The notes beneath the pieces are model-generated. The model searched no databases, was not told the DNA's origin, and saw only the letters and a program-made list of their open reading frames with translations. Source: Bdellovibrionales bacterium (GTDB taxonomy: Bacteria > Bdellovibrionota > Bdellovibrionia > Bdellovibrionales > UBA1609). From it: a DNA stretch of 32,000 bases. The DNA lies in the NCBI GenBank assembly GCA_965247685.1, contig OZ252021.1, positions 60,001 through 92,000 of the forward strand. Direction: 5' to 3'. Shown one piece after another: positions 16,837 to 25,005 of this stretch (positions are counted from its first letter, which is position 1; every line of letters begins with the position of its first letter). The position numbers were made by a program, and so were the translations under genes.

Positions 16837-18483
16837 TTACATCTCTAAAGGAGCTTCGATATTCAACAACTCCAAGCCTTTTTTCAAAACTCTCCTCACC
16901 ACTTTCACCAACTCAATACGAATGGACTTTCTCGGAGAATCCATAATAGGACAATGGGTATAAAAACGACTAAACACACGGCATAGTTGAATCAAATAGC
17001 CTGCTAAAATATGTGGCTTATATCTCTTAAAAGATTGATAAAAATAACTTTCAAATTCAAGAAGCGTTTCCATTAATTGCAACTCCAAAGAATCCAAATC
17101 CGAGCACTCTAAATTATTCCACTTTTCACTTGCACCTAGCTTCTTCAACAGGCTTACACACCGAACATGGCAGTACTGAATATAGGGGCCTGAATCTCCA
17201 TCAAAATTCAGAGCCTTGCTCCAAGAAAAATCCACATCCTTCACTCGATCATTAATCAAATCATTAAATACTAAGGCTCCAACACCCACCTGCTCTGCCA
17301 CATTCTCCTTATGACTCAAAGAAGGGTTCTTCTCCTCAATAATTTTTAATGCACGATCTACAGCTTGGTTCATTAAATCTTCAAGAGATATACTCCTTCC
17401 TCCACGAGTCGAAAGCTTCCCCTGTCCTTTAAAACGATACATACCAAAACTCAAGTGCAAAGTATTCTTTGCCCATGAAGGATTCACACCTTCCATCACT
17501 TCTTTGAGTTGTTGAAAATGAAGATAATGATCCACTCCCGTCACATAAATATTTTCAGAAGCTCCCAGTTTCTCGAAACGATAAAAAATACTCGCTAAGT
17601 CTCTACAAGAATATGTAGATGCTCCATCACTTTTTCGAATCAAACAAGGAGGTTTGTTCTTTAAAAACACAACAAGTGCGCCTTCACTTTCTTTGAGTAA
17701 ACTCTTCTCTTTGAGAACTTTTTCTACATCATGCGTCTTGTTCCTATAAAAAGACTCCCCTAAAACTTCATCATGTTTGACACGCAGCCTTTTCCACAAA
17801 GACTGGTTGTGCTTCATAGATATATCTACAAACGAAGACCATAAATCTAAATGTTTTCCCTCTTCCATTTCCTTAAAAATTCTTTGAGCTCTCCTCAACA
17901 ATTCTGGATTCTTCTGAGCCTCCTCATGAAACTTCACGTACAACTTCACTAAGTGAGATAAAGTTTTCTCTTTTCCCCACTCTTGATAAGCCACAATTAA
18001 TTTTCCAAATTGAGTGCCCCAGTCTCCTAAGTGATTTAAAGCGATCACTTTATAACCTCGAACTCTTGCCATTTGCACCAAGGCTTGTCCAATCACCGTC
18101 GACCTCAAATGCCCTACATTCATATACTTTGCTACATTTGGAGAAGAGTAATCAATGACAAGAGTTTGACCCTTCCCTTCATTGGAAGACCACCATGACT
18201 CCCTTGAGAAAGTCTCATTAAATACTTTTTGAATATAACTTTCATTGAAATGAAAATTAATAAATCCTCCCACCACTGTTGTCTTTGAAATAAAATCGGC
18301 TTTCAGTTTGGACGCAATTTCCTGAGCGAGAAAATTCGGATCAGAGCCTAAAGAAAAAACAGGAAAAGCTAAAAGCCCCCATTCCCTTTTTTTTGGTTTC
18401 TCAATCAAAGATTGAATTTCGTCGATTTTCATTGAAACAACAGAAGATAGTAGAACTGCTAATTGATGTTTTATCTGCTTCAT
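16837..18483 (-). CDS. argS: Arginine--tRNA ligase
   Basis: 548 aa. Class I HIGH-region variant SSPNVAKYMNVGHLRS, KLSTRGG (MSTR-type KMSKS substitute), and a C-terminal DALR-type anticodon-binding helix bundle ending ...LEM. Confidence 0.95.
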   Translation of the reverse strand: MKQIKHQLAVLLSSVVSMKIDEIQSLIEKPKKREWGLLAFPVFSLGSDPNFLAQEIASKLKADFISKTTVVGGFINFHFNESYIQKVFNETFSRESWWSSNEGKGQTLVIDYSSPNVAKYMNVGHLRSTVIGQALVQMARVRGYKVIALNHLGDWGTQFGKLIVAYQEWGKEKTLSHLVKLYVKFHEEAQKNPELLRRAQRIFKEMEEGKHLDLWSSFVDISMKHNQSLWKRLRVKHDEVLGESFYRNKTHDVEKVLKEKSLLKESEGALVVFLKNKPPCLIRKSDGASTYSCRDLASIFYRFEKLGASENIYVTGVDHYLHFQQLKEVMEGVNPSWAKNTLHLSFGMYRFKGQGKLSTRGGRSISLEDLMNQAVDRALKIIEEKNPSLSHKENVAEQVGVGALVFNDLINDRVKDVDFSWSKALNFDGDSGPYIQYCHVRCVSLLKKLGASEKWNNLECSDLDSLELQLMETLLEFESYFYQSFKRYKPHILAGYLIQLCRVFSRFYTHCPIMDSPRKSIRIELVKVVRRVLKKGLELLNIEAPLEM

Positions 18484-18489
18484 TGAAAC

Positions 18490-18984
18490 TCAAAAAATTT
18501 TCGGAGCGGGCCGTTGATAAACAAAAATTTTCGAATCTTTATCGCTACTCAAATCTTCATTAGAAGACTCACTCATTGAAACTTTATCCATGAAATCTTC
18601 CAAAGCAGTCTCTAAAGGAGTGTCAAAATATGGACTTAAAGAAATACGATTCCAAGAATCATCCCCTTCTTTCCAAACAAAATCCTGATCAGAAATAAAT
18701 CCTTCCTGCAACAGCCACTGTAAACCCTTTTGACTGTACGGCTGTGTTCGAACAAAGTTTTCTTCAAACTTCTTCAGCAATGTCCACGGAACATTTTGAT
18801 CTTGAGGAAAAAGAAAATGAAATGCCTTGAATTCAGAAAAAGGCTTCCACATCTTCATTTGATTTTCTTCTTTTGAAACCTGAGTCGATGTGTCAATCGA
18901 TCCCTTCAACAACAAACGAATCAATGAGACAACTTCCAGCGGCCCTTGAATATCCTCATTTATTTTAAAATAATACTTGTTCAT
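18490..18984 (-). CDS. GYF_2 (DUF4339)-like domain protein
   Basis: 164 aa. N-terminal YYFKINEDIQGPLEVVSLIRLLLKGSI...T.V and a second W.EG.DSW..I element, followed by an acidic tail. Its stop is 6 nt before the argS ATG. Confidence 0.6.
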   Translation of the reverse strand: MNKYYFKINEDIQGPLEVVSLIRLLLKGSIDTSTQVSKEENQMKMWKPFSEFKAFHFLFPQDQNVPWTLLKKFEENFVRTQPYSQKGLQWLLQEGFISDQDFVWKEGDDSWNRISLSPYFDTPLETALEDFMDKVSMSESSNEDLSSDKDSKIFVYQRPAPKIF

Positions 18985-19153
18985 TTTTAATTATTTACAT
19001 TCTACATAAATTCTAGAGTACCTTGTCAAACAAAGAGCATACCTACGCCTTGATAAAAAAGCAAAAAAAAATTAAAAATATCCACTTTCACTGGAATTTA
19101 TTTGTTATTGTATGTCAATTATGTATCATGTACCTTTGAACTGGCGGTGAAAA

Positions 19154-20353
19154 ATGCATTTCATGTTGAGTCTAATATTATTTGCAATTTCCTCTGTAAT
19201 ATTCTTTTATCTTTCCTTAAGATCTTATTCCATAAAATCAGATGACTCTATAGCCAATTTATGCCCGACAGGCAGCGAAATATGGAACTGCGATGCAGCC
19301 CTCACGTCTCCTTTTTCCGAAATATGGGGTATCCCTATTTCTCAATTTGGAGTAGCCTCCAGCCTTTTTTGTATGATGATTCTTATCTTTCTTCGCTTCA
19401 ATTTTTTAGAAAGAAAAATCTCATGGTCTCGATGGGTTTGGCGTATTGCTTTAGCTTCCGCTTTTACTTCTACCATCATGTTCTTCATTTCTTGGTTCTT
19501 TCTTAAATCTTTTTGTCTGTTGTGCACTATATGTTATATCCTCTCTTTTGCCGTATTATTTCCACTTCGAAAAACTCTTGTCAGCTCCCAACTTATTGAC
19601 TCAAAAGTTCTATTTTCATGGAGAAAATGGCGTCACCCCCTAGATGTGATGGTGCGAGCGATTTTGATAATTTTGTTCATCGTCTTCCTTCTTCATGCTT
19701 GGAGCACTAATCTCTACTCCATTAAAAATAAATCTTCTCAAGCTACATCCAACTTTCAAGACTGGAAAAGAAAAAAAATAACCCAAATTAAAAAAAATAT
19801 CCCTCGTGTATCTTACGGTCCTCAAGAAGCTTCAATGGTTATCACTGAATTTGCCGATTTCTTATGTCCTCACTGCAAGCGAGTTTATTCTGTGATCAAA
19901 ACTTTCCAACAAGCTTTCCCTAATACAAGAATTGAATATATCAATTTCCCTCTGGATCCCCGCGGCTGCCGCACCAATGATGATTCTACAATAATCAGCG
20001 CCTCTTGCTACCTGTCTAAAGCTGTTCTTTGCGCCCATCAACAAGACATGAGCTCTCAACTGAAAGATTTAATATTTTCTCAACAAAAGTTTTTCATCAA
20101 AAACAGAAGTCAGATAAAAAATATTCAAGAAAAAATCTTTGAATACATGAATCACACTACAGCAGACAAAAATTTATTCCAACAGTGTATTGATTATTCC
20201 GTCACTCAAGAAAAAGTGGCTCAACAAATTCGTGAAGGCCAGCGCCTAGGAATTAAAGGAACTCCAACTCTATTTGTGAATCAAAAAAGACTCCAACCTA
20301 TCTCTGTTCACATGACTCTAGAAAAAATCTATCGTTATCTTTCTTCTGACTAA
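19154..20353 (+). CDS. Vitamin K epoxide reductase (VKOR) fused to a DsbA-like thioredoxin-fold domain
   Basis: 399 aa. Five predicted TM helices, loop Cys pair CPTGSEIWNC, TM4 redox motif CLLC, then a periplasmic domain with FADFLCPHCKR (CxxC) and a GTPT cis-Pro loop. GGTGA SD 3 nt before the ATG. Confidence 0.85.
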   Translation: MHFMLSLILFAISSVIFFYLSLRSYSIKSDDSIANLCPTGSEIWNCDAALTSPFSEIWGIPISQFGVASSLFCMMILIFLRFNFLERKISWSRWVWRIALASAFTSTIMFFISWFFLKSFCLLCTICYILSFAVLFPLRKTLVSSQLIDSKVLFSWRKWRHPLDVMVRAILIILFIVFLLHAWSTNLYSIKNKSSQATSNFQDWKRKKITQIKKNIPRVSYGPQEASMVITEFADFLCPHCKRVYSVIKTFQQAFPNTRIEYINFPLDPRGCRTNDDSTIISASCYLSKAVLCAHQQDMSSQLKDLIFSQQKFFIKNRSQIKNIQEKIFEYMNHTTADKNLFQQCIDYSVTQEKVAQQIREGQRLGIKGTPTLFVNQKRLQPISVHMTLEKIYRYLSSD

Positions 20354-20362
20354 TAAAATCTA

Positions 20363-21013
20363 TTACTCAGATTCTTCAACGGATGTTTTTTGAAGCTCTG
20401 GCTTCTTTTCGACAGTCTTCTTTTGAGGAGGATTGATTTTAAGATATTCTTTGATCTTAATAGGATCCGGAGAAAATAAAGCAAAAACAGATCGCCTCTC
20501 CATTTTAGACTTTTCCTCATCTTCTACAGCCAGTTCTTTGAGCTTTTCAGCAAATCGGCTCATCGCCTGTAAACCTACATCTTTGTATGCTAATTCTCGA
20601 CCAGAAAAACGCAAATGCAGCTTCACCTTATATCCACTCAATAAAAATTCATAAGCTTTTTTCAACTTAATCTCTAAATCATAAGTATCTGTTCGCGGGC
20701 GAATTTGAATCTCCTTTATAACGATTTTAGTTTGTTTTTTCTTCGCAGATTTTTCTTTCTTTTTTGCATCAAACTTCCACTTTCCGTAATCCATAATTTT
20801 ACAAGTTGGAGGTTGAGCCTTAGATGCTATCTCGACTAAATCCAAACCCTCTTGTTGAGCCATTTCAATACCCTGCTGTGCGGCCATCACACCCAACATT
20901 TTACCATCGGAGGCAATGACTCTAATCTCTACGGCAGTAATATCTTCATTCACTCGAAACTTCTCATCTTTTTTGATTTGATTTCCTTTAAATCTTTTCT
21001 TAAAACGACGAAT
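20363..21013 (-). CDS. infC: Translation initiation factor IF-3, probable ATT start
   Basis: IF3 core: VNEDITAVEIRVI...GLDLVEI...PPTCKIMDYGKWKF. The frame stays open 20 codons upstream of the track GTG (20953), back to a TGA at 21017-21019. It encodes a basic IF3-like tail (IRRFKKRFKGNQIKKDEKFR). The ATT at 21013-21011 is preceded by AAGGTGA (21023-21017). Confidence 0.85.
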   Translation of the reverse strand: MRRFKKRFKGNQIKKDEKFRVNEDITAVEIRVIASDGKMLGVMAAQQGIEMAQQEGLDLVEIASKAQPPTCKIMDYGKWKFDAKKKEKSAKKKQTKIVIKEIQIRPRTDTYDLEIKLKKAYEFLLSGYKVKLHLRFSGRELAYKDVGLQAMSRFAEKLKELAVEDEEKSKMERRSVFALFSPDPIKIKEYLKINPPQKKTVEKKPELQKTSVEESE

Positions 21014-22934
21014 AACTCACCTTCCTTTCAAAAGTTTCCTTTTTTATTTGAGATAAAAAATTTTGTAAATCAACAATTGCTGTTGAGCCTCCTCCGACCC
21101 GAACACTTATATTTTTAGAATCCTTTTCCTTTTGCCCCACTATGACAATATAAGGAATACGCAAAGTTCTCGCTTTTCGAATTTTATAAGATAAGCTCTC
21201 AGAACTTAAATCTTTCTGCACTCTTAAGCTAGGCTCTTTTTGTATTTTCTCATAAATCTCTTGAGCATATCCTGCCTGCTTTTCAGAAATATTCATCACT
21301 GTCATCTGAATGGGTGCCAGCCAAGTTGGAAACCAACCTCCACAATGCTCAATATAAATTCCCATAAATCTTTCTATAGACCCCAACACAGCCCGATGAA
21401 GCATCACTGGATTTTCCGCCTGATTTTCTTCATTCACATAAGATAAATTAAAACTTTTTGGAGTGTTAAAATCACATTGAAGCGTCGCTAACTGCCATTT
21501 TCTCTTTAATGAGTCTTCAAACTCTACATCTAACTTCGGTCCATAAAAGGCTCCATTTCCCTCACTGAATTGAAAAGAAAGATTTAAGTTTTTCAAAGCC
21601 GAAGATAAAGCCTCTTCGGCCATATTCCAGTTTTCATCCTTGCCCATCTTACTTTGAGGCCGGGTGCATAAAAGCATTCGATAATTTTCTAAACTTAAAA
21701 GTTGATAAACTTCTTGGATCATCTGAATAAAACTTTGAATTTCATTTTGTAATTGATCCACTGTACAAAAAATATGAGCATCATCCTGACAAAAACTTCT
21801 CACACGAGTCAACCCATGCAAAGTGCCACTCCTTTCATAGCGATGAAGCCGACCAAAATCTGCAATTCTCCAAGGCAAGTTTTTATAAGACCACTGACGA
21901 CTCTTATAAAGCAAACAATGCCCGGGACAATTCATTGGCTTCAAATAAGATTGTTGTCCATCCTCCGATTGAACACTATACATATTGTTTTTATAAAAAG
22001 ATAGATGCCCTGACTTTGAAAAAACATCTTCGGAAAACATTTGAGGAGATATAACCTCTTGATAACCAAATTTTTTATATTTTTCTTTTAAAAAATTCTG
22101 CAACTCTCTATAAACAACAGCTCCAGATTCTTTAAAAAAAGGCTGCCCCGCAGAACTTTCGTGGAAATAAAACATATTCATTTCTTTTCCCACTCTGCGG
22201 TGATCTCTTTTTTTCGCCTGTTCTAATAACTGTAAATAATTTTTTAAATCCTTAGAGCTATGAAAAGCTGTTCCGTAAACTCTTTGCAATGACGCTTTAG
22301 ATTCATCAGCCCTCCAATAACAAGATGAATGACTCAACACTTTAACAGCACCAATTTGCTCTAAATTTTGACAATGAGGACCTCGACATAAATCAAACCA
22401 ATCGCCTTGCTTATAAATACTGACATGAGATTCACCAATATCTTGAATCAGTTCAATCTTATACATCTCCCCCATTTTTTTAAATATTTCTATAGCTTTT
22501 TTTGCAGACCACACTTCTTTTTCAACAGATAATTTTCGAGATAAAATTTCTTCCATCTTTTTTTCAATCTGAATCATATCCTCATCTGTAAAAGGCTCAG
22601 GGCTGTCAAAGTCATAATAAAAACCATCTTGAATGACAGGTCCGATAGTCACCTTCACATGAGGCCAAAGCTCTTGCACCGCTTGAGCTAAAACATGAGC
22701 TGCAGAATGACGAATGACCTCTAAAGATTCTTCAGAAGGAATAGTGATCCACTCCACTTGATCTTTATCTTTAAGAACCGTTCGAATATCCGAAATTTCG
22801 GATTGATTATTAATACGAGCTCCGACAACTTTTTGAGCGAATTGAGAACTAATGCTTTGAGCCAGACCCAAGACACTTACTTCTTGACCAAACTCTTTAA
22901 TAGAAGAATCAGATAGATGAATACGAACAGACAT
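21000..22934 (-). CDS. thrS: Threonine--tRNA ligase
   Basis: 644 aa. N-terminal TGS domain, editing-domain HSAAHVLAQAV, class II core (RVGKEMNMF, FRYE-type HRYERSG, QDDAHIF, GAFYGPK), and a C-terminal anticodon-binding domain. Confidence 0.97.
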   Translation of the reverse strand: MSVRIHLSDSSIKEFGQEVSVLGLAQSISSQFAQKVVGARINNQSEISDIRTVLKDKDQVEWITIPSEESLEVIRHSAAHVLAQAVQELWPHVKVTIGPVIQDGFYYDFDSPEPFTDEDMIQIEKKMEEILSRKLSVEKEVWSAKKAIEIFKKMGEMYKIELIQDIGESHVSIYKQGDWFDLCRGPHCQNLEQIGAVKVLSHSSCYWRADESKASLQRVYGTAFHSSKDLKNYLQLLEQAKKRDHRRVGKEMNMFYFHESSAGQPFFKESGAVVYRELQNFLKEKYKKFGYQEVISPQMFSEDVFSKSGHLSFYKNNMYSVQSEDGQQSYLKPMNCPGHCLLYKSRQWSYKNLPWRIADFGRLHRYERSGTLHGLTRVRSFCQDDAHIFCTVDQLQNEIQSFIQMIQEVYQLLSLENYRMLLCTRPQSKMGKDENWNMAEEALSSALKNLNLSFQFSEGNGAFYGPKLDVEFEDSLKRKWQLATLQCDFNTPKSFNLSYVNEENQAENPVMLHRAVLGSIERFMGIYIEHCGGWFPTWLAPIQMTVMNISEKQAGYAQEIYEKIQKEPSLRVQKDLSSESLSYKIRKARTLRIPYIVIVGQKEKDSKNISVRVGGGSTAIVDLQNFLSQIKKETFERKVSYSSF

Positions 22935-22975
22935 ATGGGTTTAAGGTTTTGAAATCATCATTGAAACTGTAGGTG

Positions 22976-22997
22976 AAAAAGATCGAACGACCTTTTT
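22976..22997 (-). terminator. Weak hairpin + U-run between the GHMP kinase gene and thrS
   Basis: Minus strand AAAAAGGTC-GTTC-GATCTTTTT, a 9-bp stem including one G.U and five A.U pairs. It could terminate the kinase transcript or lie in the thrS leader. Confidence 0.3.
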
Positions 22998-23110
22998 GTG
23001 ATAAAGATATGATTGTAAAAATTCATTCATAGTAAAAAGCAACACCTCTGCCCTAAGAATAATCAAAAATACAAATCAAAACAAGCATTTTTTTACAAGC
23101 TTTCTTAAGA

Positions 23111-24196
23111 TCAACCAAAAAAACGAAGCTGAGGACAAGCTTGTCTCGTTCTCATTTTATCTGGAGTCCAGACGAGTAATAGCCCTCCACCTCCAGCTCC
23201 CATAATTTTTACTGCTTGAGCCTGCCCTTCTTGAATCAAATGAGTCCTTATAGACTCTATTTCCTCATGAATATAACCATGAATACTTTTTCTGAATTGA
23301 TACTCTTTTTCAAACAAAGAAGGCCATTGATTAAAGTTTTTATCTTGACAAGAAGAAGACATTTCTAAAGCGATGTCTCGGCATTCTTTAAAAAGATCAG
23401 GATTTTTCATTGCTTCCTGAATCATCATGCTATTATTCACCTCAGATTGATGAGAGATGCCCGAATCCACAAACAGCAAATGTTGGTCTATAATTTCTTT
23501 GGGCAGATTGAGAGTTTCTACTTGAAGCTCTCCGGCTGAAAAATGAATTACATTAATAAAAGGATCCGAAAAAATGTTTTTCTTTTCACTTTTAAAAGGA
23601 AGAGCTAATGAGTCTAAAGGGTTGATGACTATACTATCTAAATCTTTCATATTTTCTGTTAATGACTTTTCTTGAGACAGATCTTGTTGCAGTTGAATCT
23701 GTGAAACTGTCTGCAAAGGGATAATATAATCCTGCCAGCCTGTATGAGTTTTCAGGGTTTGAGCTTCGAGATCACGGCAAAGCGATAAAATATCAGGATG
23801 TTTCAATTGAAAAGCCTGCTCCAAACACCTTAACAAACACACACAAAGACAAGAACTCGCTCCAATGCCTCCGCCAAAAGGAGAGTCCGAAAAAACTTTT
23901 AGATCCAAACCCTTTTGAGGACGAACATATTGAAGTATTACTTGAATCAATCTCAATTTTTTGTTTTGAAGAGATAAAAATTCATCTAAATTTTTTGCCG
24001 AAAATACTTCATCCTTTATGTGAACAGAAATAGAAGGAAGGTTTTGTGAAACAGTAAGTTGCACCTGAATATAAAAAGGAATAGAAAATTGTACTGTTTT
24101 ACAGTTTTCAAGAGCTAAATAAAGAGGCCATATATCCAACGTGCCTCCTGCTAAATCTGCTCGCATATTAGCTGCAAAATAATAGAATGAATTCAT
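23111..24196 (-). CDS. GHMP-family sugar kinase (fucokinase/HddA-like), substrate unknown
   Basis: 361 aa. Motif I RADLAGGTLD, motif II SPFGGGIGASSCL, TGWQDY, and motif III KIMGAGGGGLLLVW. Confidence 0.8.
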   Translation of the reverse strand: MNSFYYFAANMRADLAGGTLDIWPLYLALENCKTVQFSIPFYIQVQLTVSQNLPSISVHIKDEVFSAKNLDEFLSLQNKKLRLIQVILQYVRPQKGLDLKVFSDSPFGGGIGASSCLCVCLLRCLEQAFQLKHPDILSLCRDLEAQTLKTHTGWQDYIIPLQTVSQIQLQQDLSQEKSLTENMKDLDSIVINPLDSLALPFKSEKKNIFSDPFINVIHFSAGELQVETLNLPKEIIDQHLLFVDSGISHQSEVNNSMMIQEAMKNPDLFKECRDIALEMSSSCQDKNFNQWPSLFEKEYQFRKSIHGYIHEEIESIRTHLIQEGQAQAVKIMGAGGGGLLLVWTPDKMRTRQACPQLRFFG

Positions 24197-24280
24197 AGAG
24201 ACTCCAATCGATTCAATATAAGGCTAAGTGTCATTATTATGCATCAATAAAAATATATATTTAAAGTGAATGACAAGCAG

Positions 24281-24286
24281 TATAAT
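24281..24286 (+). promoter_or_regulatory. Consensus -10 hexamer TATAAT upstream of the Cys-rich secreted protein gene
   Basis: Perfect TATAAT, but the -35 is poor (ATTTAA region). It lies about 140 nt upstream of the SD-supported ATG at 24425. Confidence 0.3.
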
Positions 24287-24424
24287 CATTTCTGTCCTAA
24301 TTTTAAGATTACAGTCTTTAGTCTTTTTCTACTAAACAGTCTGCAAAATATTTATATTTCTCTTGCCTTAATGATTTATTTTTTTAAGAATCCCACTATG
24401 TATTTAAAACAAGGAGAAAGAAAG

Positions 24425-24877
24425 ATGAAGTTAATTACAATAATTGTGCTTGCTATGTTCTATATTGGTTGTGGTGGTCAAAAACAAGTTGAAGTTAAAC
24501 CCGATTTAGAAGGCGGTGATCTGGGAGGCCTCAATATAGGTATGGGAGAAGCAGATATTGAAATTAAAGAAGGCAGTGTAGTGTTCGAGTTTAAAACTCG
24601 TAGTTATACTTTTGACTGCGTACACGAAAATGTTAAAGGTGCTACAGATAAAAAGGGACAGTGCTTTTGTGAAGTCTTTGCCAACGGTAAAAGCATCTCG
24701 TATGCAAACAACAGAAACAAATGGTGTGATGAGAGAGAACGAGAGCTTTTATCCAATATACCTCTAACCTTTGGTAAGACCAGCAGCTACGATGTTCATG
24801 TAGGGAAGGTTTGCGGCGAAAAAAGTAATGAAGAAGACGAAGACGGTTCTATGGTGAAGACATTTGTCTGTAACTAA
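24425..24877 (+). CDS. Small Cys-rich secreted protein / possible lipoprotein (150 aa)
   Basis: Start moved to the internal ATG preceded by AAGGAGA with an 8-nt spacer. Signal peptide MKLITIIVLAMFYIG|CGG (atypical lipobox). There are six further Cys in the mature part and an acidic patch EEDEDG. Confidence 0.6.
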   Translation: MKLITIIVLAMFYIGCGGQKQVEVKPDLEGGDLGGLNIGMGEADIEIKEGSVVFEFKTRSYTFDCVHENVKGATDKKGQCFCEVFANGKSISYANNRNKWCDERERELLSNIPLTFGKTSSYDVHVGKVCGEKSNEEDEDGSMVKTFVCN

Positions 24878-24910
24878 AGTATAGCATAATTCCATTTTAT
24901 AAATTTAAAA

Positions 24911-24940
24911 AAGCAGATCAATAAGGTCTGCTTTTTTTTT
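24911..24940 (+). terminator. Rho-independent terminator
   Basis: AAGCAGA (24911-17) pairs with TCTGCTT (24927-33) across a 9-nt loop. A T-run follows to 24940. Confidence 0.7.
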
Positions 24941-25005
24941 ACACTCTGACATTTCATTGAATTTTTTTTATGAATAATGTAATCCAACTTTAAGATGGAA
25001 TCTTT

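Noticed and set aside
19143-19157. Sigma-54-like GG-N10-GC element (TGGCGG-TGAAA-AATGCA)
   Set aside because: It overlaps the VKOR start codon, so transcription would begin inside the gene. The match outside GG/GC is poor, and such spacing occurs often by chance.
22935-23110. T-box or tRNA-Thr anticodon-mimic operator in the thrS leader
   Set aside because: There is no specifier or T-box sequence, and no stem-loop with a Thr anticodon-like loop. Only a weak A/U-rich hairpin is present, listed as a low-confidence feature.
24266-24424. N-terminal 53-aa extension of the ORF-track call 24266-24877 (GTG start)
   Set aside because: The extension contains the only good -10 box and has no SD. The internal ATG at 24425 has AAGGAGA and is followed at once by a signal peptide.
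24941-25005. Possible purine riboswitch ahead of the NCS2 purine permease
   Set aside because: Only about 65 nt separate the upstream terminator from the ATG, and I see none of the conserved purine-riboswitch junction sequences.
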